This document shows, piece by piece, positions 13,551 through 26,374 of a stretch of 64,000 bases of DNA. Source of the DNA: Podarcis tiliguerta (taxonomy: Eukaryota); assembly GCA_965153285.1 (NCBI GenBank), contig OZ229122.1; one strand, given 5' to 3'. Positions within the stretch are counted from its first letter, which is position 1; every line of letters starts with the position of its first letter. A model generated the notes under the pieces. It saw only the letters and a program-made list of their open reading frames with translations. It had not been told where the DNA came from and made no database searches. A program made the translations under genes and the position numbers.

Positions 13551-15567
13551 CTGTAAAATAATGTTCTGCTTTACAAGGGAAGCAACACACATTGCACAAC
13601 ATAAAGCATTCATGTTTTCCAAGGTCATTAACTGCACCCATTTAAATGCAAACCTTTAAGCCACATTTCTTAATAAATCCCAGGAATTTTATGAAGTTAA
13701 AAATTCTTTGTTGTTTATTTATTTATATACCACTTGATTGTTTTTTAAAAAGGGTCACCAACTGTTAGGAATTTCACAATTATATTCTTATATCCATACA
13801 ACTGAAAAAGGATGTTGCTTTTTCAGGAGTGGAGAAATGTTTGGGCCCGACAGGCGAGTTCTTTCTCTCTCCCACCCTAGTGGGCCAACTATGACAGGTG
13901 AGTGAAATCATCCACCTGTCAATCATCTGACATCATATCGCCACCAGGTAATTGAGAGGTGGGTATTCTTGCCCACCTATCAAAGTTGGAGGTGGGGGAG
14001 GATACTGCTCGAACTGGACTGATGTGCAAGCCTATTTTCTGCAGCCACCAGGTATGGGGCAGGTGAGCATGGTTTTGAGAAAGCAGCCTGGAGGGCCTTG
14101 TATGACCCACAGGGTGGTTTCCCATGCCTGCTGGAAAACATTTTGCACAAAAGTTAACACCTTAACTTACAACTTCAATGTGTTTTTGCACATTTCTAAG
14201 TCCCTTAACTCTCATCTTCATTGTTTTTAAGAAACACATATACATAGTCATACATTTCCTTCCACATACTTTTGATTAGGACTAAGCCCATTCTGATGTT
14301 AAATAGGTTAACTCTGCTCTAGCCCAGACATAGAGCTTAGAATGTTAAAAGCAGTGATAATGCAAAACTGTGGAGATGGATCTTGCTACGAAATTAAGAC
14401 AGTGCTATCGTAAAAAATAAATCAATTGAAAGCCATACACCAATCCTGCAATGGCTTAAAAATGTGGAAAAACTGTGGGTGATATCCAACAGTCATACTC
14501 AGAATAGACCCACTGAAATCAATGCATTTAGTGCACTGATACCACCACCCTGTGTTATTGCTACTAGGAACTAAAATGCTGCCGTACAATAAAAACGACA
14601 TATTAACATTACTCTTCAGTATCATGTCAGTAACATCATTCTCTGTTTCTCTGACCTTCAGCAACAACTCAATTTGCAACTCTATTTGTACCTTATTTGA
14701 GTGAAAGATTTCCGGTATATTCAGAAAATTGAAAGAGCACCCAACTATTTTCAGTGACAACACAGAGACATTTTTTTTAACGTTTGAGTCTTGGAATAGT
14801 TTCAGGATTGGCATCCATTATGGTCTGTGATACAAGCTGCAATTTTTTGCTACTAAAAAGTCTACATTTTGAAGGGCAACTAGATCACTATTATTTTAGT
14901 AGCCAAAGATTTGGTTTGGTTCACCCTAACCAACCTTAGCTAAGCCCTGGTTGAGCAAAACGTGTGTAGGCTCCTGGAGAGGAATTTGCAGCTGTTCTGC
15001 TCATCCCTGGTTCTTTTTCTTGTGCTCTTTCCTTGCTAAACACAAGCTGTAACCAGGAACAAGCCTTGCTTATAGCTCATGGTTAGCGAGAAGAGAACTT
15101 ACCCATGAGCCCCAAATCAGAAAACAGTTCCATGTGGTGTAACAACAATTAGGACTGAGGAGCAATATGGCTGCAAGCTCCTTTCTGGGTATGTGTGGAC
15201 ACACTAAGCCACTGTTTGGAATAGTTTGGCTTGAGAAGCAAGCCATTATGGGTCAATAAATGAGAAAGTGGTTTTTTAAAAGCTGATTAAAAAATTTGTT
15301 CCAAAGAAACAACTGAAATCTCAAACAGTATGTTCTGATTCACAAAATATTTTAAAATAATCCAATCAATTAACAAAATGGGAAAGTTACCAAAAATGCA
15401 GTATCAATTGTGCATTCAAATAAGTTACTTATTATATATACTTTTCAGACAGCATTTGTACAAATAGTGCCTTTCCATGTATCTGGCTGATGGCAGTAAA
15501 ACATTTTTAATACGTGTATCACAACATTTTTTATTCAAGCAATTCTTCAAAAGGCAACAAATTTTAC

Positions 15568-15786
15568 CTGTAAAAGTGAAGAAGATTTCATTTTGCATTC
15601 CAGCTCTCTGCATTTTTACATGATGGCATTCTGATTTGCGTAATGCAACCTCACAGGATAGCTCAACGACAAGCTTGGTCAGTATCTGAAGCAACTTCTT
15701 CTCAAATGAAGTGTTATAGATACTGTTGCAGGGAGCTGCATGATATCGTGCTGTAAACTCATAGTAAAAGTTAGGGTCAGAGTAAG
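15568..15786 (-). CDS. ZPBP: ZPBP exon 5 ([25 protein letters not shown]...NEIFFTFT)
   Basis: 219 bp; [25 protein letters not shown] closely matches ZPBP/Sp38; canonical splice sites. Confidence 0.97.
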
Positions 15787-15852
15787 CTGCAGAAGAAAAA
15801 CACAAGATTAACATTTCAGCTTTCCCCTTCTATTGATGGTATTATAAAATTA

Positions 15853-16220
15853 CAGTGGTGCCCCGCAAGACGAATGCCTCGCAAGACGGAAAACCTGCAA
15901 GACGAAAGGGTTTTCCGTCCGCAGAGGCGCTTCGCAGGACGAATTTCCCTATGGGCTTGCTTCGCAAGACGAAAAACGACGAAAAAATTTGAATTTTTTT
16001 TTTTGCTCCAAAACCCCTTATTTTGAATCGCTAAGCTGCTAAAAGCATTTTAGCAGCAAAACCGCTAATCCCCCACCCCTTAAAAAGCCGTTTTTAGCCC
16101 TTAAATCGCCAATAGCGCTAATAGCGCTACTCCGTCAATGGGCTTGCTTCGCAAGACGAAAAAACCGCAAGACGAAAAGACCCGTGGAACGGATTCTTTT
16201 CATCTTGCGAGGCACCACTG
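15853..16220. mobile_element. Same MITE family, inverted relative to 12018-12369
   Basis: TA|CAGTGGTGCC...GGCACCACTG|TA; body is the reverse complement of the 12018 copy. Confidence 0.9.
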
Positions 16221-17852
16221 TATTTGAGTTACATTTTGAACTGTTGATTAACAAACACATGCTTTTATTATACACCTTTTGGTTTTCACGGACACTTGGA
16301 AAATGCCATCCAAGCAAAAGATTACACCAAAGATCCAAACTACAACAGGCACAACCAAGAGGTTAGGCCATGTGGGTTATTATTTTTACAGTATATCTTA
16401 CATCTAATTGCTTTTGAAACTTCCCCTAGTTTCAAAAGAAGTTTAGCAGCAGCATAAAGGCCGCTCTTCAAGAAACACAAATCCAAAGATTTCTTCATCA
16501 TCCAGGGTTCATGCAGTTCTTCCTATCCAGGCCTACATTACAACTCAATCTCCCAATCTGTTTTGATAAGTCAAGAGAGTTTGGGACTAGAAGTGGAAAG
16601 CCGAAATCCCTGTTTAATCACAAAGTACACTGGATGACCTAGAGTCAGTTATGACCTGTCAACCTATCCTCCCTCACAGGGTTGTTGGGGGAAGGACCAG
16701 GAAAGGCCATGTATGTCACTTCGATTCCCTTGGTGGACGGGGAAGATCTAAATGTAATGATAATTGCAGGGAAATGGTACATAAGAATATCTCTGAGACA
16801 ACAACTTGTTTTAAAAACGAAGAGAATACAAAAGAATGATTGGTTTCACAAAACAAAAAAGAGTGAAACAGAAGCAGTCAGATGCATCTGTTTAGAATGT
16901 TTTATTGGAACTCTAATTGTAATTTTAACAACCTTTTGAAAATACCTCTGTACTGAGCAGTCCAACAGACACAGTGCAATGGATATAATGCCTGACTCAG
17001 CATGCCCATGATTACAGTGGTTGGTTCTAAGCTGTGTTTCTCATGAGCACAGCAGATCAGATCAGTTCCACCATGCTCAGATTTCTGCTGACAGGTGGCA
17101 TCTACACCTATGCAAGCTCTGGGTAGGATGCCAATTGCACCACAGGGCTGCTCAGCTGCTATAGAGAGCCACAATAATATAAGATCTGCCCAATTCAATT
17201 CCTTTCACTCCAATTCCTAGAAAAGTATGAAATAATAAGTTTAGAAGGAAGCAGCAGCAAAACTTTAATTCAAGAAAATAACCAGCTCTCTAGGAAGTGC
17301 TGACTACAGCAGGGATGGGGACCCCTACAGAACTCCAGTCATCCCTGATCAATGGCTAAGTTGGCTTGCGCAAATGGGAGCTGGGAGTCCACAGCAAAGG
17401 GAAAAAGCCCCCCCCCCCCCCGTGCATTCCTAATCAATAAAACACGAACTTTATTTCAGTTGCTTAAAAGTTAGGAAAACTAGGAATTCAGGTATCTGGA
17501 ATATGCTCCCTGTCAACTCAAAAGTCAGAGAGTGCTTCCTGGGGACACCAACAAAGGCCTTTGCAGACACCATGACGCCCATGGGCACCAGGTTGGTAAC
17601 CCCCAGTCTAGAAATTCTGATTGAGAAGACTAAAGAAAATCTGTTTGGGACATACCACGTGTTGTCTATCAACGAGAATCAAATGTAAATGGTTTTGATT
17701 TTGCTCATTAAGGGTGAAATGAGGACAATGAAGCCCATCACCAAACTCAACTGGGATTTTTAACTATGCACTGATTTCCCCTCATAATTCCAACAAATCC
17801 ACTAATATTTTTAAAAGGAAAAATGGTTCAGAAATGAAGGTGAATTTCTTAC

Positions 17853-18002
17853 CATAAATGATATATTTGATTAAATAGCTTTTTTCATCTTGTTCAATGG
17901 TTGGCTTAAAAACAAGAGAACATGTGTAGACTCCACTGAACTCATTTTTGAAGTGTCGGAATAGCAAAGTTCCTGTTGGTGTTATTTTCACAGTCTGATT
18001 TT
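17853..18002 (-). CDS. ZPBP: ZPBP exon 4, Ig-like domain (ENQTVKITPTGTLLF...SGVYTCSL...KYIIY)
   Basis: Within ORF 17782..18072; TAG acceptor, GTAAG donor; SGxYTC Ig motif. Confidence 0.95.
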
Positions 18003-18339
18003 CTATTTCAAAAAATGTAACGAAGTTAGTTTTACTGAAAAAGAAATTACCACCACCCAACTGTTGCTTCATACTGCAACCTTTCCATATTTATTCCAAG
18101 GCTAACTACATCTCTCAGTACCTCATGGATAGTAAAATTATGCATGAACAAGTGATTACACTTTAAGGTCCCAATATCTCACAAATAAGTATAGATTTCT
18201 GTGAATATTGCTTTTTCTATTGGACTCATTAGTTTTCAAGAATAAAGATTAAACTGGCCACATACATTCCTAACTCAGTGAGGCTATACCTCATACCCAC
18301 CCCAAAAGGTATTTCCACAACAGCTTAACACACATACAC

Positions 18340-19717
18340 CATTTTTCTAGGAATACCCAGAAAACGCACCAAGAATATTGTTGAAGAAAATGCAATTACA
18401 AATTAAGGAAGGTGGATTTGGAATTCCAAATTTGGAATTATACCATCATGCTTATTTATTGACAAGTATCAAACACTGGAGACTTGCTGACAGTTGTAAT
18501 CTCCTAAATTGGGCAGGGTTGGAGTATAAATATATAACACCTTTAGTTGGGTGGACAATATTACAATCAAAATATTTGAAAGTTCCAACAAATCTTGAAA
18601 CAAGCCAGTTAGAAAGATATGGAATATATTCGCTAATAAAAATAAATTTGATTCATTTGCACATGCTAAACCTACTCTGAGAGAAAATTCTATTTTAATA
18701 ATTGGAAAAAAGATGGTAATGTGGAAAAACTGGATGATAGCAGGTGTATTGACCCTGGACCAACTGAAAGATGAGGAAGACGAATTCTGTACGTACGATG
18801 CTCTGAGAGAAAAACACCATCAGCCAGAGGTGGCCCAATGGCAATACTTGCAGCTACAACATCTTTTAGTAACTTTGTTTGGTCCAGCAGCCTTCACAGC
18901 ATCTGAGACACCTGAATTTTTGGTGCAAATGGATAATTCATTTGAAACTAAAAAGTCAGTGATTACTTTTTAGAGATATTAATTATCAACAAATATGTTT
19001 CATACGCAGAGCTTAAGAAATTATTGAAATTAAGAATTGGAATGTTCACTATTACCTAGACAATGGGAAAATGTCTTGGCTTTGGTATCAGATGAATCAG
19101 TGGGTCTTAAATTAAGATTTACACAACATAAACTACTACATAGAATCTACTGAACACCCTGACACTTGTATAAGAAAGGCCTATCAAATGTTTCTTTGAA
19201 ACATATGCTTTTACTATGTCCCACACTTACTAAGTTTTGGGAGAAAGTGCTGGACTATATAAAAAAGACACTATGGGAAAATGTAAGATTTTCAGAGGTG
19301 CTCTTATATACCCATTGTATCGAAATTGACATCAGAACAGCAAAAATGGATCCTAGGCACCCTAATGGTGGCCAAGAGACTGGTACTGATGAAATGAAAG
19401 AATACGATTCCCCTTAATCAATGACTTGTCAACATGACAACATTGGGAACATATGAACAGGCAGCTTATAGACAGACTTTCTTTGGATAAATACAATGAT
19501 ATCTGGAATGAGTTTACACAGAATATATTAGGTTACGGACAATTATATGTACATTAGGATAATAAGAATATACACATCTGAATATTAATGTATGGTAATG
19601 TAAGAGTATTATTTTTTTTTTCATTCCCACTTTTTTCTTTCTTTTTTCTCACTCTATCATTTTATAATTGAAATTATCTTAATAAAATGTTAAATAAAAA
19701 ATAAAGATAAAAAAAAA
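18340..19717 (+). mobile_element. Old L1-clade LINE 3' fragment (decayed ORF2, 3' UTR, A-rich tail)
   Basis: EGGFGIPNLELYHHAY, WQYLQL, HMLLLCP..FW motifs; A-rich end 19680-19717. Confidence 0.8.
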
Positions 19718-20749
19718 TGAATTGCTGGGGACACAATAGGTAGACAGTAAGTTATCATGTTCAAATAAACAAAATAGAGCTAATAGACATCCTTTCACTC
19801 ATGACATTCTCCCAGGATGCCTCTCCAAGAATACTGAGCTGAGATTTCTGCCCAGAAAGTATCACTGTTCCGATTTATTGGACAATCCTATATTATTAGA
19901 ACATTGATAACCCCTCTCAAGGAAGTGTAGGTTCAAACTGTCCTGTATCCCACTGGATGAAGAACTGAAAGAACTCAAACTCAGATTACAATTTTTACTA
20001 AAACCTTCAATATTCAAATTGGTACAATACATAGGCAAAGTAGAATTTGAAGGTCCAGCACATACACCCCATGGCTAAGCAAGCAGAGATGTTGATCCAA
20101 CAAGAGTCACAGCCACTTTAATCCCATTATATGGGACTGGGGTGGGCACAACTTAGCATGGAAATCAAGACATTCTGACATGACCATTTAATTCCTATGC
20201 GGAATCTAAGTCAGTACTATGCAGCTGCAGATTGCAATGAACATTTGAGCACAGGTCTTTCAGGAGGAAGTATGGGACAAAGGACAACAAACAAACAAAC
20301 AAGCTATTTTAGTTGCAAAACTTTTAGTAGTAATTATTGGAATATCAAGAAGGTTCTGTTTAGCCTAAAGAGAGAGCAGAAAATAAGTTCAAGGGCAAGC
20401 TTAAAGAAAGATCAGTCAAAATTATTGTACAATAATTATTTTTTTAATCCATGTGAATACAGTCATGATCTCAGACACATTAAGGTTGCCTTAGGCCTCT
20501 TAGTCTCTTGGGAGAAGGAAAATCCAAGAATAAGCAAAGCCACCACCTTGAAATTCCAGATGCAACTAAAGCATATTTAAAAATTGCTTTTGCAATTCCA
20601 CCATTAGAAACCATTAGGATTGCACATATTCTGTACAAGAAAGGCTTTTGAGAGTCCAAATTACTAAATGAAACTTTTTGTACACCAATTCACTGCCATT
20701 ATTGGCTACTGGGATTTTTATTTTCAAATAAATCTCAAGCAAATGAAAC

Positions 20750-21500
20750 TGTCATGTTGTTGGCATCCATCTGTCTGGGGAGGAGTGCACCTTTGCAGGT
20801 GAGGTCAAGCTGTTGGGAGATTGCAGCACCTGCTGTGGCTGTAGAGACTGATGCAGGAGAGACATGTTTTGCTGCAGCTGGGGTAGAGGAAGGCATCCAG
20901 TTGTGCTGTTGCAGATGCACCATGGCATTTCTTCTCTCTATGCTCCACCAGTGCTCATTTCTCCTCCGGTCACTGCTATGGATAACAACTTGACTGTCTA
21001 CGGGTACTGCAGTCCTCTGCAAGGGATTTTCACATGGCAGGATTGATGTTGCCAGGCTTCATGCCAAGTTTGCAGACAACTTTGTAACTCAGAGTTGGTT
21101 TGCCAATGGGCCTGGGGCCAGCTCACCAAAAACATGTCCTTGGGGGAACCCTGCCATCTTGCATCCTGTGGGCATGACCAAGCCAGCGTAGATGTCACTG
21201 AGACAGGAGTGTAAACATGCTCAGAATTTGGGTTTGGGAAAGCACATCTTTGTTTGGAATTCTGTCCCGCCTTGTGACACCCAAAATCCTCCTGACGCAG
21301 CGCATGTGGAAGGCATTGAGGCATCACTCCTGAAAGTTTTAAGTTGTCCACAACTCACATCCATAAAGCAATGGGCTCAACACCTTGATAAAGCCTGGTA
21401 GACCTTCATCTTAGTATTGAACATTAGCATCACATTTTCCCATACCCTTTCGGAGAAGCGAGCCACTGCTATAGCTGCCTTGCCAATCCAGCTCAGCCAA
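20750..21500 (-). mobile_element. Decayed RTE-clade LINE 3' fragment
   Basis: Broken RT C-terminal-like coding (FHMRC.RRILG.) and CAGATGGATGCC near the 3' end. Confidence 0.55.
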
Positions 21501-22181
21501 TACAATTCACTTATGCAACTCCATTGCTAAGGGCAGAAGAATCCAATTCAGTCTTCACTCTGAAGTAGGTCAGTTCAAGTTTATTAATAGTCTGCAGACC
21601 TTCAAATTCCAAAACATTGTATTTGATGCCATACAATGGAAAAATGCAAAGAATAATTCACTTTTCATTGGTAAGAATGTACACAAGATAAAAAAAAAAC
21701 CAACTAGCCCCCCCATCAATTATGTAAAAGCTGCTAGTCAGATGTCAAGCCTTGCCTAGAACAAGCAGCTAAAGGTGTGTGCTTGGGAGAAGCAAACCTT
21801 TCAAGCAAAAACAACAAAATTGACAGAACCACCTCAAGTTTAGAATCTACCCCTAAAATTCACCGTTAGACCCCAGACAAAAGCTATGCCATGGATTTAC
21901 CAACAAAGTCTTTAAGGGCAGGGCAAAACTGGCTCATATATGTAAGAAAACATTTTAACCAGAATTTATCTCTTTTGGGGGGGGGGGGAATATATCACTG
22001 AAACACTGAGTTCTTTTTCCAAGCGGGGGCAGGGGGTGTGGGGGTGTGGGTGGTGTCATTTTACCTCAATTCTAAGCAATTAGAGAGGTTTGGATACAGA
22101 GTAGCTCAGTGACATCTCACTAAACAGTTTGTACAACATCCAAATGCAGCCAGCTGGACTTAAAAGGGTAAGTAACCTTAC

Positions 22182-22307
22182 CTGTAACCAGGTCACCTCC
22201 AGGTCCATGCCACTGAAATATTGGATCGATCAATTCTGAATTTCTCAGACGCTTTGTTACACATAGAATACGTGGACTGTTATGATTCAACCTGACGTAT
22301 ACTTTGA
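22182..22307 (-). CDS. ZPBP: ZPBP exon 3 ([42 protein letters not shown])
   Basis: 126 bp, CAG/GTAAG sites; LCVT..LRN.ELIDP.FQW.GP motif of ZPBP. Confidence 0.95.
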
Positions 22308-22407
22308 CTGAAAATACAGTATAATTTAATCATCAATTGTAGGCAAAGCAAAGTACATCAAAAGTTCAATGGAATTCTACTAATAAAAACAAGGCTATGC
22401 TTTAAAC

Positions 22408-22645
22408 CAGGGGTGCCCAAACATTTTTCAAAGAAGGTCAGATTTGATGGAAGTGAACATGCATGAGGGCCGACCAAAGTTGAGCTTTTTTTTAGGATTG
22501 AAGAGCTTTTGGGGGGATGTCCCCCCAAGGTTTATTGACCTTTTTAAAGGATTTGACAGCAATAAATGAATGAACTGCCACAGGGGCCTGATAAAACCAG
22601 CCGGAGGGCCGAATTGGGCCCCAAAGCAGACTTTGGATATGCCTG
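22408..22645. mobile_element. hAT-type MITE
   Basis: CAGGGGTGCCCAAA...TTTGGATATGCCTG imperfect TIRs, degenerate 8-bp TSD. Confidence 0.65.
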
Positions 22646-24720
22646 CCTTAAGAACTAGCACAAAATAACCCATATATAAAACACAGTACTTGTTGCTTCT
22701 TGTTATGTGTTACATACACACACAGACACATATAAAACACGGTACTTGTTGGTTCTAGCTCCTGAAAGCTCTATCTTAAAAGACCTCCAACCCCTTTGCC
22801 ACCATCTATTTCCCGAATTCTTCCGTTGTCCCCCTGTTGTTGTCTTTTTATAATATAGCATTCATCAAGAATACAAACAACAAGTAATGGATACCGGTCA
22901 CCAGCTACAAAGCGAAATGAGGTGGAAAATAATAGCAGCATGCTAAAATTGTACTTTGGCTTCAGGATCAGTGCTACAAACTTTTCTGTTTGTTTGGTTT
23001 TTGGGGGAGGAAAGCTGCACCCTACTTTGCTAAATTCCGACTTATCCTCATGAGGGAGGTTATAATCCCACTGACACCAGCCCCATATTTTTTCCACCTC
23101 TCTGACTTCCCCCTCTCTCATATCTATATCTATATCGGGGGAGGCAGCCTCGCCTGCACAGTAAGCGATAAAAAAAAGGGCGCTGCTGCTGCTGGGCTTT
23201 TCTTCGCGGGCTTTCTGCTGGGGAGGGTGTGGGCGAGGCGGAGAGCGCTCTGCACATGCTCAGGAGACGCCTTAGCCCACAATAAACACCCTCCCCCCCC
23301 GGAGGCAGCCCGGCCTCTCTTGGCGGCTCCCCACCTGCGCCGCTCCCGGACGAGGCTCCGCCGTTCTCCTCCACTGGCATTGCGCCGCCGCTTCCGACTT
23401 GCGCCGGGTTTCGAACGCCTTGCGGCGCTTCCGGCGGAGTGGGCGGGGGGAACCGCCCGCTTTCCAAATATTACAAGATAAATGTGGCGGCTTCGCGGGA
23501 AACTGCCGAGACAACAAATCCCTAGACTGGCGGCCGGCGGCGGCTACATGGGCCATATGACGAGGTCTGGCGGGCCGGATTCAGCCCGCGGGCCTTGTGT
23601 TTAAACAGAAAAGTATTTTGATTGCAAGATTAATTCTCAAGCCATACGTTGCATCTTCACCTTTTCTTGTGCATTCTGCTCCATATTTAGAAGGTGCCAA
23701 CCCTGGTGTCCCCCCCCCCTTTTTTTTGCCAGGCCCCCAGGATCCTTAGAACCTCAAATAGTCTCTTGACCTCAGAGACTGCCTGGCCCTTACTCCCAAG
23801 GGCTAGGAGATGACTTTTCCTCACAAGAACCCCTTTTTGTTTTTATTTCCTAGGTGTATGGCTTTTCTCCCTGCACCCACATCTAAATGTCCATAGCATA
23901 GTAGTTCCATTCACCAGCCCATGCTATTCTGCAATATTCCCTTACTCCCAGAATCAGTCTCTTTCCTTTCTGGTTCTAATTGCAGCCTGTCTATTTTATT
24001 TCTACCTTCCTGGTCTTGTCCTTTCCCCTCTTCTAGCATCTGTTCCCTTCCACTCATGGCTCCTGTATCCTCCTGGCACTTAAGATACAAACACATAGGC
24101 AGCTCTCCTACAAACTCAGAACTGTTTGAACATGCTTAATGGCACATGCTAAAAAGCCAACTGGTCCTACATACCCTCAACAAAGATATAACCAAGACTT
24201 TCTAAACCATACTAGACACAAGTAGCAGGAAAAAAATGTGTACACGTTAAAGGGGAAACAGGGAAAATCTGGTAATTGTTCTCTCAAAATACGAAGTCAC
24301 GTGTACAACTTCAAACACCTTTTTATATCACTCCATATTGCTTTGGCCACCTATCAAATGAGAGCAGCACTGTTCAAGAATACGTTTTTGACGCTCCCTC
24401 ATTCTAAGTTTTAATGTAGTTAAATACTATTTTTAAAAATTTAGAATTATTTTTGGCAAATATATTATTCTGCAATAGTCAATACCACTCTAACATGGCA
24501 ATCTTATGCATGTCTACTCAGACATGAGTCCCACTGAGTTCAATGGGCTTCCTCCCAAGTTAGATGTTTAGGATTGCAGTCTTAGTGTCACAGAATAATC
24601 ATATAAATAGTATAACTGACCTTAAAGAAAACAGTATTTTAAAATCCAGCCATAACATTTTCATTGTTCAAAAGACTTCAAAAGATTAACATGAATGAAT
24701 TAAAAATATTTACTTTATAC

Positions 24721-24783
24721 CTGGTAAATTGGTTGATCCCACAACTTTCGATGTACTAGAATCTGTACTGGCCAAAGTATGAA
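24721..24783 (-). CDS. ZPBP: ZPBP exon 2 (VHTLASTDSSTSKVVGSTNLP)
   Basis: CAG acceptor, GTATAA donor, 63 bp, phase 1-1; KVVGSTNLP resembles ZPBP KIVGSTSFP. Confidence 0.85.
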
Positions 24784-24888
24784 CTGTCAAAACAGAATTT
24801 TTAAAAGTTAGCATAAAAATTCAAGCTTCTTAGGAATAAAAAAAAAATGACAACTGATCATAACAAAATCAATGAACTTGAGCAAGTA

Positions 24889-25221
24889 CCGTATTTTTTG
24901 CCCTATAGGACGCACCGTCCCATAAGGCGCACCTAGTTTTTTGGGGGGGAAATAAAGGAAAAACATTTTATTCCCCCCCCCCCAGGTGCGGGGCTGGGGA
25001 AGCCTGAGCTTCCCCCGACCCCAGCCCTCAGAACAGGCAACTCTCCGCAAGCCGCGGGAGCCCAGCGCGGGCTCCCATAGCTTGCGGAGATCTGCGCAAA
25101 GCCTGGTGAGAGGGGTCGGTGCACACCAACCTCTCTCGCTCTCCAGGCTTCAGCGAATGCCTGCATTCGCCCCATAGGACGCACACACATTTCCCCTTCA
25201 TTTTTGGGGTGAAAAATACGG
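24889..25221. mobile_element. Tc1/mariner MITE
   Basis: TA|CCGTATTTTT...AAAAATACGG|TA. Confidence 0.85.
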
Positions 25222-25720
25222 TATAATTAGGCAGTGACTGTAACAAGAGACATAATACTGTAAATCATAGGTTATGAAGCAGTGGTCAAGGAGCATGGTG
25301 GCCCATCCCCCTCCCTTCCCACCTGTCACTTGCTGGCTTTGGAGAAGAACCGACCTTGAATTATGCCAGAGCTACCCATCACATCAAAACTCCAACACAG
25401 CCTCAGTGCAGTGCTGTGGATAGAATTTCAGATGTGGATGCTACTGCTGGGATCAAATTCACACACTGTTGGGGTCACTCATTCACTTTCAGACTAAGTA
25501 ACCTTACAGAATGCAATGTAATGATTCCCATGAAAAGCCGTTTGAGCTCCTTGGAAGGGCAGCATACAAGAACAATTTTTAAAAGTCTGAGAGATTTACT
25601 AGAAGAGCTGCTGTAGATGGCAAACACGTAACAATGATAAATATCATTCTATGGTAACCTCCCTTTTATTCCTTTCTTTATCTGCATTTGGAAAGAGGAT
25701 GGATCTTCTTTTAAAAAGTA

Positions 25721-25962
25721 CAGTTGTACCTTGGTTGTTGAACGCCTTGTGACTCAAATGTTTTGGCTCCCGAACGCCACAAACCCGGAAGTGAGTGTTC
25801 CAGTTTGTGAATGTTCTTTGGACCCCGAACATCGAACACAGCTTCCGCTTGAGTGCAGAAAGCTCCTGCAGCCAATCAGAAGCTGCACCTTGGTTTTTGA
25901 ATATTTTCAGAAGTTGAACGGATTTCCCAAACAGATTCCATTTGAAAAGCAAGGTGCAACTG
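25721..25962. mobile_element. Tigger-like MITE
   Basis: TA|CAGTTGTACCTT...AAGGTGCAACTG|TA. Confidence 0.8.
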
Positions 25963-25991
25963 TACTTTAAACATATTCTATATTCAGTAAA

Positions 25992-26351
25992 GGGACGCGG
26001 GTGGCGCTGTGGGTAAAACCTCAGCGCCTAGGACTTGCCGATCGCATGGTCGGAGGTTCGAATCCACTCGGCGGGGTGCGCTCCCGTCGTTCGGTCCCAG
26101 CGCCTGCCAACCTAGCAGTTCAAAAGTACCTCTGGGTGCAAGTAGATAAATAGGGAGCGCTTACCAGCGGGAAGGTAAATGGCGTTTCCGTGTGCTGTGC
26201 TGGCTCGCCAGATGCAGCTTTGTCATGCTGGCCACGTGACCCAGAAGTGTCTTCGGACAGCGCTGGCCCCCGGCCTCTTAAGCGAGATGGGCGCGCAACC
26301 CCAGAGTCGGACATGACTGGCCCGTACGAGCAGGGGTACCTTTACCTTTTA
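25992..26351 (+). mobile_element. Full-length Sauria SINE
   Basis: GGGACGCGGGTGGCGC head, GGTTCGAATCC B-box, (ACCTTT)n tail, TSD TATATTCAGTAAA. Confidence 0.93.
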
Positions 26352-26374
26352 TATATTCAGTAAATAAATTTCCT

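Noticed and set aside
25992-26070. tRNA-like A/B boxes (also at ~52790 and ~30330)
   Set aside because: SINE heads attached to SINE bodies; not standalone tRNA genes.
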